A stretch of 32,199 nucleotides of DNA from an uncultured Gemmatimonadota bacterium (GTDB lineage: Bacteria > GCA-2686955): the NCBI GenBank assembly GCA_964490075.1, contig CAZBBK010000068.1:1-32199 (forward strand), written 5' to 3'. Position numbers and translations under genes: made by a program. Under the pieces are notes generated by a model that did no database searches, was not told where the DNA came from, and saw nothing but the letters and a program-made list of their open reading frames with translations. Each line of letters begins with the position of its first letter. Position 1 is the first letter of the stretch. Positions 1-11,144 of the stretch are shown here, piece by piece.

Positions 1-29
1 CCGACCGTAGCCCGGCCGCGATCAGGCCG

Positions 30-179
30 TCACGCACGCCTGCCGAAGGGACACCGATCACCGGTCTCGGTTCTCTCGATGAAGGTCTCCAGGTGGGCTT
101 GAAGAACCCGGTAGAGAACCGTGGTCTCGGGGCGCCGGGGGCTGTAGAGAGGTCCGCATGGGGGCGCGAGGGACGACAT
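30..179 (-). pseudogene. IS91-family transposase N-terminal remnant
   Basis: Translates MSSLAPPCGPLYSPRRPETTVLYRVLQAHLETFIERTETGDR, matching the Y.PR.PE.T.LY..V..HLETF start of IS91/ISCR transposases. It stops after about 49 aa, before the zinc-binding Cys motifs. Confidence 0.65.
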
Positions 180-300
180 GACGATCGTGCGTGCGCACGA
201 CTCGTGCTTGCCGGCGACCTGTTGGGAGTGAGCGGCGTCCAGAAGGTCCGAGGAGGGTGTGCAGCCGTCTCTTGGCGCGTTGGGCGGCTCATCCGCCCTC

Positions 301-503
301 CTACGATTCCCCAGCGGGCGCCACGGACGCCTCGCGACCGCCCGCTCCCCCCAACCTCCGCCCGACCGCCCCGAAGCGCAGACAAAGCGCCGGCACAACG
401 ATCATGTTCAGGACGGTCGAGGACAGCAGACCGAAGAGGATGACGATCGCCATCGGTGTCTGAATCTCGCTGCCGGGTCCGCCGCCGGAGAGCGCCGGGG
501 GGC
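301..503 (-). pseudogene. C-terminal fragment of CzcA/CusA heavy-metal RND efflux permease
   Basis: ALSGGGPGSEIQTPMAIVILFGLLSSTVLNMIVVPALCLRFG matches the last TM helix of CzcA/CusA. The rest of the gene is absent and the upstream boundary is approximate. Confidence 0.75.
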
Positions 504-539
504 GGATGACCATGACCAGAATGGCGTCGGCGCGCCGCG

Positions 540-1165
540 GCGCCGGGCGGCGGCGCTGGCGGAGTCGATCGAGGAGCTGATGCCTCCCTGGTGGGCCGAG
601 CTCAGCATCAACGAAGTGCTGCTGGCCGGCGGCCCGGTCGGCATCGAGCTGCAGTCGAGGGCGGCCGATTCGCTGGTCCTGGACGGCGTCTACCTGTCGG
701 ATGATCGCGCCGACCTGCTGAAGTGGATGATCCCACGCCGCACGTTGGCCGCGGGAGAGATTGCCTATACCCCACTGCCGGGGACCCTGCTCGATGCCGA
801 CTGGCTGGCCCTGGCCGCGTCCGACGGGCCCCAGGTCACGATCATCGACTCGGTGATGATCGGCGACCCGATGGCCGGGCCGGCACTGGGCAGACATCCC
901 GACGGTTTCGGGCGCATGCGAGTCCTGGCGGAGGCCACTCCCGGATCGGCCAACATCTGGAGCTCTCCGATCCTGCTGGAAGCCGAGACCGATCGTCTGA
1001 CGGTTCCTCGAGGCGAGGCGGTCGAGCTGGAGCTGCGGGTCGAGAACGAGTGGCGCAGCGACATCGATCTGCGCCTGCTGGTCGAGCTGGAGGGCGAGAA
1101 CGGGACCTTGCTGGAGCTGCCGCCGATCTACGACTCGCGACACGAAGGCCTCGGGCCGGGCGACA
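540..1165 (+). pseudogene. Fragment of secreted protein: lamin-tail-like domain plus truncated Ig-like C-terminal domain
   Basis: Lies within ORF 259..1482. INEVLL..IEL...LDGVYLSDDRADLLKWMIP..TLAAGE..GRHPDG..ATPGSAN is lamin-tail-domain-like. It has no convincing start, and the 3' end runs antisense into yqaA. Boundaries are approximate. Confidence 0.6.
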
Positions 1166-1178
1166 GATCCGCGCGGAA

Positions 1179-1763
1179 TCACTCCACGGCGGCCTCGCGC
1201 GGTGTCGAGCAGCGGCGCAGCGCCTCCACCGCCAGCGCCACCACCACGATGACCACGACGATCGTCAGACCGTGGTCGACCAGCGCGCCGCGCACCTGCT
1301 CTCGGAACACGCTGGCGGCGAAGCCGAGCAGCGCGAAACGCAGCGCGCGGGCCAGGGTCGAGACGATCATGAAGCGCACCAGATCGAGATCGAAGAAGCC
1401 GGCGGTCAGGCTGACGTGCTTGAAGGGCACGAAGGGCAAGAGCCCGCCGACCGCGACCGCCAGCGCGTCGTGGCGCTGGTAGACACGCTCCAACCACTCG
1501 CGGGTGCGATTGGGGAGAACGCGGCGGACCAGAGGCCGACCGACACCGTGACCGACGGAGTATCCCAGCGCCGAGCCGGCCACCGATCCCACGATCACTA
1601 CCGCCGTCGCCAGCAGCCAGTCGTCCGGGCGCCCGGCGATGACCAGGATCAGCAGGAAGTCGGCGCCGGTCGGGAAGAGCCCGGCCTCCAGCAGCGACGC
1701 AAGAGCCAGCGCGCCCATCGCCAGCGGGCCGGGGGTGGATGCGAGCCGCTCGAGCCACTCCAA
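1179..1763 (-). CDS. YqaA/DedA (VTT, SNARE-associated) family membrane protein
   Basis: Motifs SLLEAGLFPTGADFLL, GSVAGSALGY and LLPFVPFKHVSLTAG..RALRF. TTG start at 1763 has AGGA upstream and sits just after the btpA stop. Confidence 0.85.
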   Translation of the reverse strand: MEWLERLASTPGPLAMGALALASLLEAGLFPTGADFLLILVIAGRPDDWLLATAVVIVGSVAGSALGYSVGHGVGRPLVRRVLPNRTREWLERVYQRHDALAVAVGGLLPFVPFKHVSLTAGFFDLDLVRFMIVSTLARALRFALLGFAASVFREQVRGALVDHGLTIVVVIVVVALAVEALRRCSTPREAAVE

Positions 1764-1771
1764 GATCGGTC

Positions 1772-2584
1772 CTATGCGCGCCGCAGCGCCGCCACCAGCC
1801 GGCGCACCCGCGCGCTGTCGACCGGGGCGCGCACCTCGCCCCCCTGCTTGACCCAGGTGCCGACGATCGCCCCCTCGGCGAGCGGCATCAGGTCGGCCGC
1901 GCGCGCCGGCGTCAGGCCGGAGCCGAGCAGCACCGCCCGCGTTCCGGCGGCGGCGCGCACCTCTTCCAGCAGCGCCCGGTCGATCGGCGCGCCGGTCGCG
2001 TCGCCCGTCACGATCACCGCATCGGCCAGGCCGCGCTCGAAGGTGTCGCGAGTGGCCGCGCCGGCGGAGATCGGAGCCAACGGGGTGGCGTGCTTGACCA
2101 GCACGTCGGCGAGGATGGCGACCCGCTCGGCGCCGAGCTCGCGGCGGTAGCGCAGCGAGTCGGCCGCCTCGCCCTCGATCAGGCCCTGGTCGGTCAGGGT
2201 GGCGCCGGTGTGTACGTTGATGCGCACGAAGTCGAGCCCTGCCGCGGCGGCGATGCCGAGCGCGGAGCGGGCATCGTTGCGCAGGCAGTTCACGCCCACC
2301 GGCACCTCGAAACGGACCTTCAGCTCGCTGGCGGCGAGAGCGATCGCGGCCACCTGGTGGGGCGCCAGCCGCTCGCCGCGGCTCCCCTTGGCGAAAGGCA
2401 CCGACCCGAAGTTCTCGACGATCAGGGCATCGACGCCGCCCTCGACCAGCGCCTCGGCGTCGGCTCGGGCCCGTTGCAGCACCTTTTCGAAGCCCGCCCC
2501 AGGTTCGCACAGAGGATCGCCCGGCATCGGCGCCAGGTGCACCACGCCGATCAGACCGCGCGGCACTCGGTCAGGCGGTGGCAT
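1772..2584 (-). CDS. btpA: BtpA/SgcQ family protein
   Basis: Motifs GVVHLAPMPG, GVDALIVENFGS.PF, GVNCLRND, ADVLVKHA and ADAVIVTG..TG. Its start overlaps the smc stop (TGATG). Confidence 0.92.
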   Translation of the reverse strand: MPPPDRVPRGLIGVVHLAPMPGDPLCEPGAGFEKVLQRARADAEALVEGGVDALIVENFGSVPFAKGSRGERLAPHQVAAIALAASELKVRFEVPVGVNCLRNDARSALGIAAAAGLDFVRINVHTGATLTDQGLIEGEAADSLRYRRELGAERVAILADVLVKHATPLAPISAGAATRDTFERGLADAVIVTGDATGAPIDRALLEEVRAAAGTRAVLLGSGLTPARAADLMPLAEGAIVGTWVKQGGEVRAPVDSARVRRLVAALRRA

Positions 2585-5500
2585 CAGGCAGTCGATAGAT
2601 GTGCACCGCTCACTCCTTTGAGCGAGGCCAACGCGCCCTCGTCGATCTGGCGGCGCTCGTCGACCCGCAGGGAGAGGATCTTCGAGACGCCGACCTCTTC
2701 CATCGTAATCCCGAAGATCGCGCCGGCCGCCTCCATGGTGCGCTTGTTGTGGGTGATCACCAGGAACTGGGTGTCGTGGGTGAACTTCTCCAGCAGCGTC
2801 ACGAAGCGCAGGATGTTGGCGTCGTCGAGGGGCGCGTCGATCTCGTCCAGGAGACAGAAGGGAGAGGGCCGCACACGGAAGAGGGAGAAGAGCAGCGCGA
2901 TCGCGGTCATGGTCTTCTCGCCGCTGGAGAGCAGGCTCAGCTTCTGCGGACGTTTGCCGCCGGGGCGCGCGATGATGTCGATCGACGCGTCGAGGGGATC
3001 GACATCCTCTTCCAGGAACACATCCGCGTCGCCGTCGGTGAAGAGGGTGGTGAAGAGCTCGCGGAAGTGAGAGCGGATCTGCGCGAAGGTGGTGGTGAAG
3101 GCTTCGCGCGCGGCGGTGTTGATCCGGTCGATCGTCTCCTGCAGCGAGTCGCGCGCGTCGAGCAAGTCCTGGCGCTGCTCGAGCAGGAAATCGAGCCGCT
3201 TGCGCTCCTCGTCGTGCTGCTCGATCGCCAGCACGTTGACCTGCCCCAGGCGATCGAGCGCCCGCCGCAGCTCGTCCAGACGCTGATCGGGGTCTTCCAG
3301 CTCGTCGAACTCCGTGGGATCGGGGATCGGCGCCGGCTCGGGCGCGTCGGCGCTCGGCCGCGCGCCTTCGTCCTCGCCGGCCGCTGCTGCGTCGCCCTCG
3401 CCATCCCCGTCGATTCCGTCGTCGTCGCCCGCCGCGCTCATCGACGCCGATTCGTCCTCCGCCTCGTGCTCCGCGGCGTCGACCGCGCTCGCATCGGCCA
3501 GGTCGATCCGGTGCTGCTGCCGGATCTGTTCGCGCAACGCGCCCTGGTTGGTGCGCAGCTCCACGGCGTCCATCTCCAGGCGGTGCAGCTCCTCGCGCGC
3601 CGCGTCGTGGCGCCGGCGCGCCGCCCGGGCCCGCTCCTCCAGTCCCCGCAGCTCCTCCTTCACCTCGCTCATCGCGGCCCGCATCGTGTCGGTCCTGCCG
3701 GCCGATTCCTGCTCGTCGGCCAGCGCAGCCTGCAACGCCGACTCGATCGTCCCCGCTTCGTCGGCGAGCCCTTCCAGCGTGCCGGCGGCATCGTCCATCT
3801 CCGCCCGCAGGCGCTCGATCCGCACCTCCATCTCTTCGAGCCGCTCTTTCTCTCTGCTCTCGGCGGCCCGCAGGTTGTCGATCTCGGCCTCCAGGCGAGC
3901 CGCCGCCAGGCGGTTGGCGGCCACCTCGTCCTCGGCGATCTGGCGCGCCTGGCGGGCCTGGCGCAGCGCGCCCTCGCCCTCGTCCAGAGCCGACGACTGC
4001 TCGCTGCGGTGGACGTCGCTCGCCTCCAGCTCACCCCCCAGAGACTCCACCTCGCGGCGCAGCGCGGCCGCGTTCTCCTCGCCCGCGGCGATGGCCGCGC
4101 TCGAGCGCTCGATCTCGGCATCGGCGGCGACGCGGCGATCGCGCAGGCGCTGCGCCTCCATCTCGCAGCGGTGGGCCTCGTCGCGCGCCCCGTCCCGCTC
4201 CGCGCCGACCTCTGCGATCTCCACCTTCAGCGCCCGGCCGGCCTGCAGCGCCCGCTGGGCTGCGTCGCGCGCCTCGTCCAGCTCTCGGTTCAAGCTTCCC
4301 ACCTGCTCCTCGGACTGTCCGATCTCGCGCTTGCGCGCCAGCAGCGAGCCGCTGTCGCGATCCCCCTCGCGGCCGCCCACGATCAGGCCTTCCGGGGTCA
4401 CCACCTCGCCGGCCGCCGTGACGTAGGTCCAGCCCGGATCGGCCCGGTCCGCGAGCCGGCGTAGCGCCACGTCGAGGTCGTCGACGATCAGCACGTCGGC
4501 CAGCAACGTCCCAACCAGGTCGGCGCTGCTCCGGTCCGGCGCCTCGATCTTGTCGGCCGCCGGACCGACGATTCCGTCTCCGCGGGGCACCTCGGTCGCG
4601 GCCTCGCCGGGGGAGCGCCCGCGCCCCGCCAGCGAGCGCGGCAACAGTGCGACCCGTCCCCAGTCCTGGTCGACGACCCGCCCCAAGGCCGCCCGCGCCG
4701 CGGCCTCGTCGCGGGTCAGCACCGCTTGCAGGCGCTCCGCCAGCACCGCCTCGACCGCATGCTCGTAGCCGCCGGCAACCTGCACGATCGACGCCAGCAC
4801 GCCCTCGAGGCCGTCCTCCGTTCCGTGCTCCGCGAGCAGCTCGCGCACCGCCCGCCCGTAGCCCTCGAGGCGCGCCTCCAGGTCGCGCAGCACACCGATC
4901 CGGGCCTCGCCCGCATCGCGCCGGCCGCGCAGATCCTCCACCGCGCCGCGCAGCCGCTCGCCTTCGGCGGCCAGCTCCGTCTCGCGGCTCGCCAGCGTCG
5001 CCAGCGCCTCTGCCGCCACCGCCTCGCGCTCGCGCGCGCGCTCCAGCGAGTCATCGAGATCGCGCAGCACCTGCTCGGTCTCGGCGCGCTCGGCCCGCGC
5101 CCGCGCTTGGCGCTCCTGCTCCGCCCGCCGCTGCTCTTCCAGCGCGTCGGCCCGCGCCCGAAACGCCGACTCCTTCTGGGAAAGACGCTCCCGGGCCTGC
5201 ATCCGCGCCATCACCTCGGCGCGCAGCGTCTCGAGCTCCGCGTGCAGCCGCTCCTCGGTGCCGCGCCGCTCCCGCACCAGCTCGTCGCCGCCCCGCTCCC
5301 GCGCCCGCGCCGCCTGCAGCGGCTCGTCGAGCTCGGCCGCGCGTTCGCCGTGTCGGGCGCGCGATTCGGCCACCGCGCCGCATGCCGCCCGCAGCTCCTC
5401 GATCTCGGCCGCCGCCCGTTCGCGCCCCGCCTCCAGGCCCCGCCGGCGCTCGCGGTTCACCACCGCGTCGCGCTCCAGGCTCGCCACCCGCGCCCGCCGG

Positions 5501-6375
5501 TGCGACAGATCGAGCTCCGCCTCGCGCAGCTCGCCCGCCTGCTGGTCGGTGCTGGTGCGCAGCGCCTCCAGCGCGGCGTCGGCGCGCCCCGAGTCGGCCC
5601 GCGAGCCCGCCTCCTCGTCGGTCAGGCTCCTCTCGCGCGCCTCCAGGTCGGCCAGCCGGGTGCCGTACTCCTCCCAACGCAGGCGCGCGGTGTGCAGCTC
5701 CAGGCGCACGATCTCGGCCCGCAGCCGGCGGTAGCGGCGCGCCTTGCGCACCTGGTAAGCGAGGCTGCGCACCCCCTTCTCCACCTCGGCGACGATGTCG
5801 CTCAGACGCTCCAGGTTTCCTTCGGCTTCCTGCAGGCGCCGGCCGGTGGTCTTCAGGCGGTCCTTGTAGCGCATGATGCCGGCCGCCTGCTCGAAGAGAG
5901 TGCGGCGCTCGGCCGGATTGGTGCTGATGATCTGCTCGACCATCTTGAACTCGAGCACCGAGTAGGCGTCCTTGCCGACGCCGGTGTCGAGGAAGAGGTC
6001 GGTGATGTCCTTGAGGCGGCAGGGGACCTTGTTGATCAGGAAGTCGGAGACCCCGTCGCGAAACACCCGGCGGGTGATCGCCAGGTCCTCGTAGTCGACG
6101 TCGAGGGTGTCGCGCACGCCTTCGAAGGAGAGGGTGACCTCCGCCACCGACAAGGGCTTGCGCTCTCTGGTTCCCTTGAAGATCACGTCGTCCAGGCGCT
6201 CGCCCCGCAACTGGCGCATCGACGACTCACCGAGCACCCAGCGCACCGCATCGGCCACGTTGCTCTTGCCGCAGCCGTTGGGCCCCACGATCGCCGTGAA
6301 GCCGGAATCGAAGTCGATCCGGACCTTGTCGGCGAAGCTCTTGAAGCCGTAGCACTCAAGTCGGGAAAGGCGCAT
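2584..6375 (-). CDS. smc: Chromosome segregation protein SMC
   Basis: GFKSF, Walker A GPNGCGKSN, long coiled coils, central hinge, LGQVN, signature LSSGE, Walker B/D-loop LLDEIDAPLD and ITHN. Confidence 0.98.
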   Translation of the reverse strand: MRLSRLECYGFKSFADKVRIDFDSGFTAIVGPNGCGKSNVADAVRWVLGESSMRQLRGERLDDVIFKGTRERKPLSVAEVTLSFEGVRDTLDVDYEDLAITRRVFRDGVSDFLINKVPCRLKDITDLFLDTGVGKDAYSVLEFKMVEQIISTNPAERRTLFEQAAGIMRYKDRLKTTGRRLQEAEGNLERLSDIVAEVEKGVRSLAYQVRKARRYRRLRAEIVRLELHTARLRWEEYGTRLADLEARERSLTDEEAGSRADSGRADAALEALRTSTDQQAGELREAELDLSHRRARVASLERDAVVNRERRRGLEAGRERAAAEIEELRAACGAVAESRARHGERAAELDEPLQAARARERGGDELVRERRGTEERLHAELETLRAEVMARMQARERLSQKESAFRARADALEEQRRAEQERQARARAERAETEQVLRDLDDSLERAREREAVAAEALATLASRETELAAEGERLRGAVEDLRGRRDAGEARIGVLRDLEARLEGYGRAVRELLAEHGTEDGLEGVLASIVQVAGGYEHAVEAVLAERLQAVLTRDEAAARAALGRVVDQDWGRVALLPRSLAGRGRSPGEAATEVPRGDGIVGPAADKIEAPDRSSADLVGTLLADVLIVDDLDVALRRLADRADPGWTYVTAAGEVVTPEGLIVGGREGDRDSGSLLARKREIGQSEEQVGSLNRELDEARDAAQRALQAGRALKVEIAEVGAERDGARDEAHRCEMEAQRLRDRRVAADAEIERSSAAIAAGEENAAALRREVESLGGELEASDVHRSEQSSALDEGEGALRQARQARQIAEDEVAANRLAAARLEAEIDNLRAAESREKERLEEMEVRIERLRAEMDDAAGTLEGLADEAGTIESALQAALADEQESAGRTDTMRAAMSEVKEELRGLEERARAARRRHDAAREELHRLEMDAVELRTNQGALREQIRQQHRIDLADASAVDAAEHEAEDESASMSAAGDDDGIDGDGEGDAAAAGEDEGARPSADAPEPAPIPDPTEFDELEDPDQRLDELRRALDRLGQVNVLAIEQHDEERKRLDFLLEQRQDLLDARDSLQETIDRINTAAREAFTTTFAQIRSHFRELFTTLFTDGDADVFLEEDVDPLDASIDIIARPGGKRPQKLSLLSSGEKTMTAIALLFSLFRVRPSPFCLLDEIDAPLDDANILRFVTLLEKFTHDTQFLVITHNKRTMEAAGAIFGITMEEVGVSKILSLRVDERRQIDEGALASLKGVSGAHLSTA

Positions 6376-6577
6376 GCGGTGGCTGCTCTACCTGAGAAAA
6401 GCCCGTTGCGGAGGGAAGCGAGAAAGCGCACAGGCTACCAGAATCCGGGTGAAACCGGGTTAGTCTGGAAAGTTGACCGCGGTCCGAAAGGCCGGCGACA
6501 GGCCCGGACCGCCGGCACCGACCTGACGAACAGACTCAGGACCACCCGACGGTCCCCAAACCCAGGAGCAGACCTCC

Positions 6578-8443
6578 ATGTCCCTCATCGATTCCCGCGC
6601 CCTGCTCTCCGCGGCGCTCACGGCGACCGCCCTCGGCGCATCGGCGAACGCCGCTACCCCCTCCCGCGTCTATCCCCTCCTTCCCTGGGAGGAGATCCCG
6701 ATCCACACGCGGGGCGAGCTGATCGTCCGCTTCGCGGACCATGTCGACATCCACGACCTCGCGACCTTCCACGCAGGCATGGGCACCCGCGGGCGGCTGC
6801 TCAGCGAAGGGCTGAAGATGCAGCGGGTGGCCTTCGATCCGAGCATCGACATCGAGCGCATGATCGATCGGCTCAGCGCTTCTCCCCTGGTCGAGTACGC
6901 CGAGCCTAATTGGGTGGGACAGGCCCTCCACGTCCCGGACGACCCGATGTACATCGAGACCGGCAAGTGGAACGACGTCTACGTCGCCGAGGCCTTCCAC
7001 CTCTTCCCGATCGACGTCGAGCGCGGCTGGGACAGCGCCACCGGCGAAGGCGTCGTCATCGCCCACATCGACACCGGGCTCGACTTCGATCATCCCGAGT
7101 TCGAAGGTCAGCTCTGGGTCAACGAGGACGAGATTCCCGACAACAATCGTGACGACGACGGCAACGGCGAAAAGGACGACGTGCACGGCATGGATTATGT
7201 CGGCAACAACAAAGGCCGCATGATCGAGATTCTCTTCCCGTGGCTCTACGACACCAAGGACGGCAATCCCGACGTGCACGAGACCGGCAACGACGGTTGG
7301 GGAGTTCCCGACCCCTCGATCGGCAACGGCCAGGACGACAATTTCGACGGCTATGCCGACATCGCCGTCTCCCACGGGACCATGACCGCCGGCGCCTGCT
7401 TCGCGGTGATGGACGACGCTCTCGGCATGCCGGGCGCGGCGCCCGACGCCAAGATCATGGTGCTGCGCGCCATCAACCCCGAGGGCCTGGCGCTCTTCGC
7501 CGACGTGATCGCGTCGATCGACTACGCCACCGAGAACGGCGCCGACATCATCAATCTGAGCCTCGGCTGGCCGATCGAAGGACGGTCGCTGCGCGAGGCC
7601 TGCGAGAACGCCTACGCCAACGGCGTGGTGATCATCGCCGCCAGCGGCAACGCCGCCCACGACGGCATCTCCGACGGCGTCGCCTATCCGGCCGGCTGGC
7701 CGACCACCCTGGCAGTGGGTGCCGGCAACACTTCGTTCGGACGCGCCGAGTACTCCGACTTCGGCGCCGCCCTCGACGTGCTCGCTCCCGGCGGCGACGT
7801 GGTTCTCGAGACCAGCACCTTCACCGAGATCTTCTGGAGCACCTGGGTCGCCTCCAAGGCCGACGACAACGACGGCATCGCGCCGATGGGCACGCCGGGT
7901 TGGGCCGGCGGCGCCGGCACCTCTTTCGCCTCGCCGGTGGTGGCGGGGCTGGCGGCGCTCTTCCTCGAGAAGCACCCCAGCGCCGGACCGGCGGCGGTCT
8001 ACGACGCCTTCCGCCAGTCGGCGATCGACACCGGCCCCGACGGTTGGGACGAGCAGACCGGCTACGGCATGGTCAACGCACGCCGCCTGCTGGGGCAGAC
8101 CATGGGCAAGGTGGCCGGCTTCATCTCACCGGACGACCAGAAGATGCCGCCCGGCCAGACCTACATCTCCAACGTGTTGATCACCAACGACGACGACGTC
8201 GCCCATACGGTCGACTTCGAGATCAATGTCTACGACAACGATCGGGTGCTGATCCCGAGCTACAGCCCGCTCGACACCGGAACGGTGACGCTGGATCCCG
8301 GCGAAGTGGTGCGCGGCTCGTTCCCGCACCCGACCCAGTTCGGCATGCCCCAGGGCGTCTACTTCATCTCGATCGAGCTCTTCGAGAACGACCAGCTGAT
8401 CGACTACGAGGATTTCGCCTTCAACTTCAGCATGTTCCTGTAA
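6578..8443 (+). CDS. Secreted S8 (subtilisin-like) serine peptidase with propeptide and C-terminal Ig-like domain
   Basis: Signal peptide, prodomain (GELIVRF..VEYAEPN), catalytic motifs IDTG, SHGT and GTSFASP, oxyanion AASGN. RBS AGGAG. Confidence 0.95.
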   Translation: MSLIDSRALLSAALTATALGASANAATPSRVYPLLPWEEIPIHTRGELIVRFADHVDIHDLATFHAGMGTRGRLLSEGLKMQRVAFDPSIDIERMIDRLSASPLVEYAEPNWVGQALHVPDDPMYIETGKWNDVYVAEAFHLFPIDVERGWDSATGEGVVIAHIDTGLDFDHPEFEGQLWVNEDEIPDNNRDDDGNGEKDDVHGMDYVGNNKGRMIEILFPWLYDTKDGNPDVHETGNDGWGVPDPSIGNGQDDNFDGYADIAVSHGTMTAGACFAVMDDALGMPGAAPDAKIMVLRAINPEGLALFADVIASIDYATENGADIINLSLGWPIEGRSLREACENAYANGVVIIAASGNAAHDGISDGVAYPAGWPTTLAVGAGNTSFGRAEYSDFGAALDVLAPGGDVVLETSTFTEIFWSTWVASKADDNDGIAPMGTPGWAGGAGTSFASPVVAGLAALFLEKHPSAGPAAVYDAFRQSAIDTGPDGWDEQTGYGMVNARRLLGQTMGKVAGFISPDDQKMPPGQTYISNVLITNDDDVAHTVDFEINVYDNDRVLIPSYSPLDTGTVTLDPGEVVRGSFPHPTQFGMPQGVYFISIELFENDQLIDYEDFAFNFSMFL

Positions 8444-8731
8444 ACGCCTCGGCGACTGTCATCGAGTCGGCGGCGGCTCGCTCTGCTTGGAGCGGGCCGC
8501 CGTCTTGTGTGATCGGCCCAACTCGGCGAAGCGCGGGCCGGGGGGCCCTTCCCCAGTCGCTGGACGGCTTCTGGTCGAAGAGCCGTTGCCTCTATGTGTT
8601 CGAAGATGGCAACTGGCAGTCTTTTGAGGCCTGATCGATACCCTTTGCCTCAGACCAGGGGTTTCAACTCATGACTGGTGCTACGACCACCGGCTTCCGA
8701 TTTGAGCATAATGCCGTGCTCCATCGCATCA

Positions 8732-10180
<1,449 letters not shown>

Positions 10181-10224
10181 GGGCTCTCTCCTGGCTCGGT
10201 CCGGGCCCCGATCGGCCCGGCCGT

Positions 10225-11004
10225 TCAGAACGATACCGTGACCCCCTGCCGCAGGCGCGCATCGAAGGCATCGACCCCCGGCGGTGGCCGCGCGTCGCGG
10301 TCCAGCGCCAACGAGAGCTCCAACGCCACCCGCTCCCCGGGCCTCACGCTCAGCGCCGTGGTGCTCGACAGGCGCAGGTCGCGCGCGTCGTCGAGCGCCG
10401 GCTGCAGATAGGTCGTGGTCGCCAGCTCCCAACCCGGCGCCGGCGCGATCGATCCCGCGGCATAGCAGGAGAGCCGAGGCGTAGCGCGGCGCAGCTCCTC
10501 GTCGGGCGCCGCCGCGTCGCGCGCGATCCGCTCCAGCTCCAGCATCCCGGCCGCCCCCAGCGCCAGACCGACGCGCTCCGCGTCGCCAGCCACCCGCAAC
10601 CGCACCCCCGCCCCCGCCAGCGCCCGCAGCTCCAGGCGCCGGAATTCGTCCAGCTCTCCCTGGACGAAGCTCTCCAGCGCCCAGCGCGAGCTCCAGTGCC
10701 AGCGATGTCGCAGATGCGCGAAGCGCCGATTGAGATAGCGCTCGCCTCCCGAGCGCCCCAGCTCCGCCGCCCCGGTCAGGAAACCCTGGTGCGCCCCGCG
10801 CCCCAGCTCCAACCACCCTTCGGCGCTCAGCGACAAACTCTCGCTGTTGCCGCCGCGCCACTCCCCGCTCAACCCCGCCGCGCCGCGCAGTCCCGCCTCC
10901 GGCGCGTGCGCCAGGCGCGACTGAACATCGACGATCTGCGCCCCGGCGGGCGCCGCCAAGGCCGTCAGCCAGACCGCGGCCACACAGATCGCGCTGCTGC
11001 GCAA
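10225..11004 (-). CDS. DUF481/YdiY-like outer-membrane beta-barrel protein
   Basis: Signal peptide, AQIVDV start, RGGNSE, FAHLR, ESFVQGE.DEF.RL..R.LAGAG.R, amphipathic strands and terminal Phe. TTG start with AGGAG. Confidence 0.8.
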   Translation of the reverse strand: MRSSAICVAAVWLTALAAPAGAQIVDVQSRLAHAPEAGLRGAAGLSGEWRGGNSESLSLSAEGWLELGRGAHQGFLTGAAELGRSGGERYLNRRFAHLRHRWHWSSRWALESFVQGELDEFRRLELRALAGAGVRLRVAGDAERVGLALGAAGMLELERIARDAAAPDEELRRATPRLSCYAAGSIAPAPGWELATTTYLQPALDDARDLRLSSTTALSVRPGERVALELSLALDRDARPPPGVDAFDARLRQGVTVSF

Positions 11005-11031
11005 TTTCGGTTCTCCTGGTTCGATTCGGCA

Positions 11032-11068
11032 CCGCCGGCCGCTGTCGCGCGCCGGCAGCGGCCGGCGG
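11032..11068. repeat. 16-bp inverted repeat (1 mismatch, 5-nt loop) in divergent intergenic region
   Basis: ccgccggccgctgtcg-cgcgc-cggcagcggccggcgg. Confidence 0.8.
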
Positions 11069-11144
11069 CACAGTATTGCAGACTCGTCGAATATAGTGGC
11101 ACCGCCCCTTGCAACGCCCTCCCGCAGCCGCCACCATTCCCCTC

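Noticed and set aside
6470-6535. Hairpin with GAAA and CTGACGA resembling a hammerhead ribozyme
   Set aside because: The required UH cleavage site and stem arrangement are missing. Only an 8-bp GC stem is supported.
8444-8731. Intergenic stretch between S8 and selA with a protein-like tail (LDGFWSKSRCLYVFEDGNWQSFEA)
   Set aside because: There is no start or recognisable family and no RNA motif. It may be a remnant, but I cannot support that.
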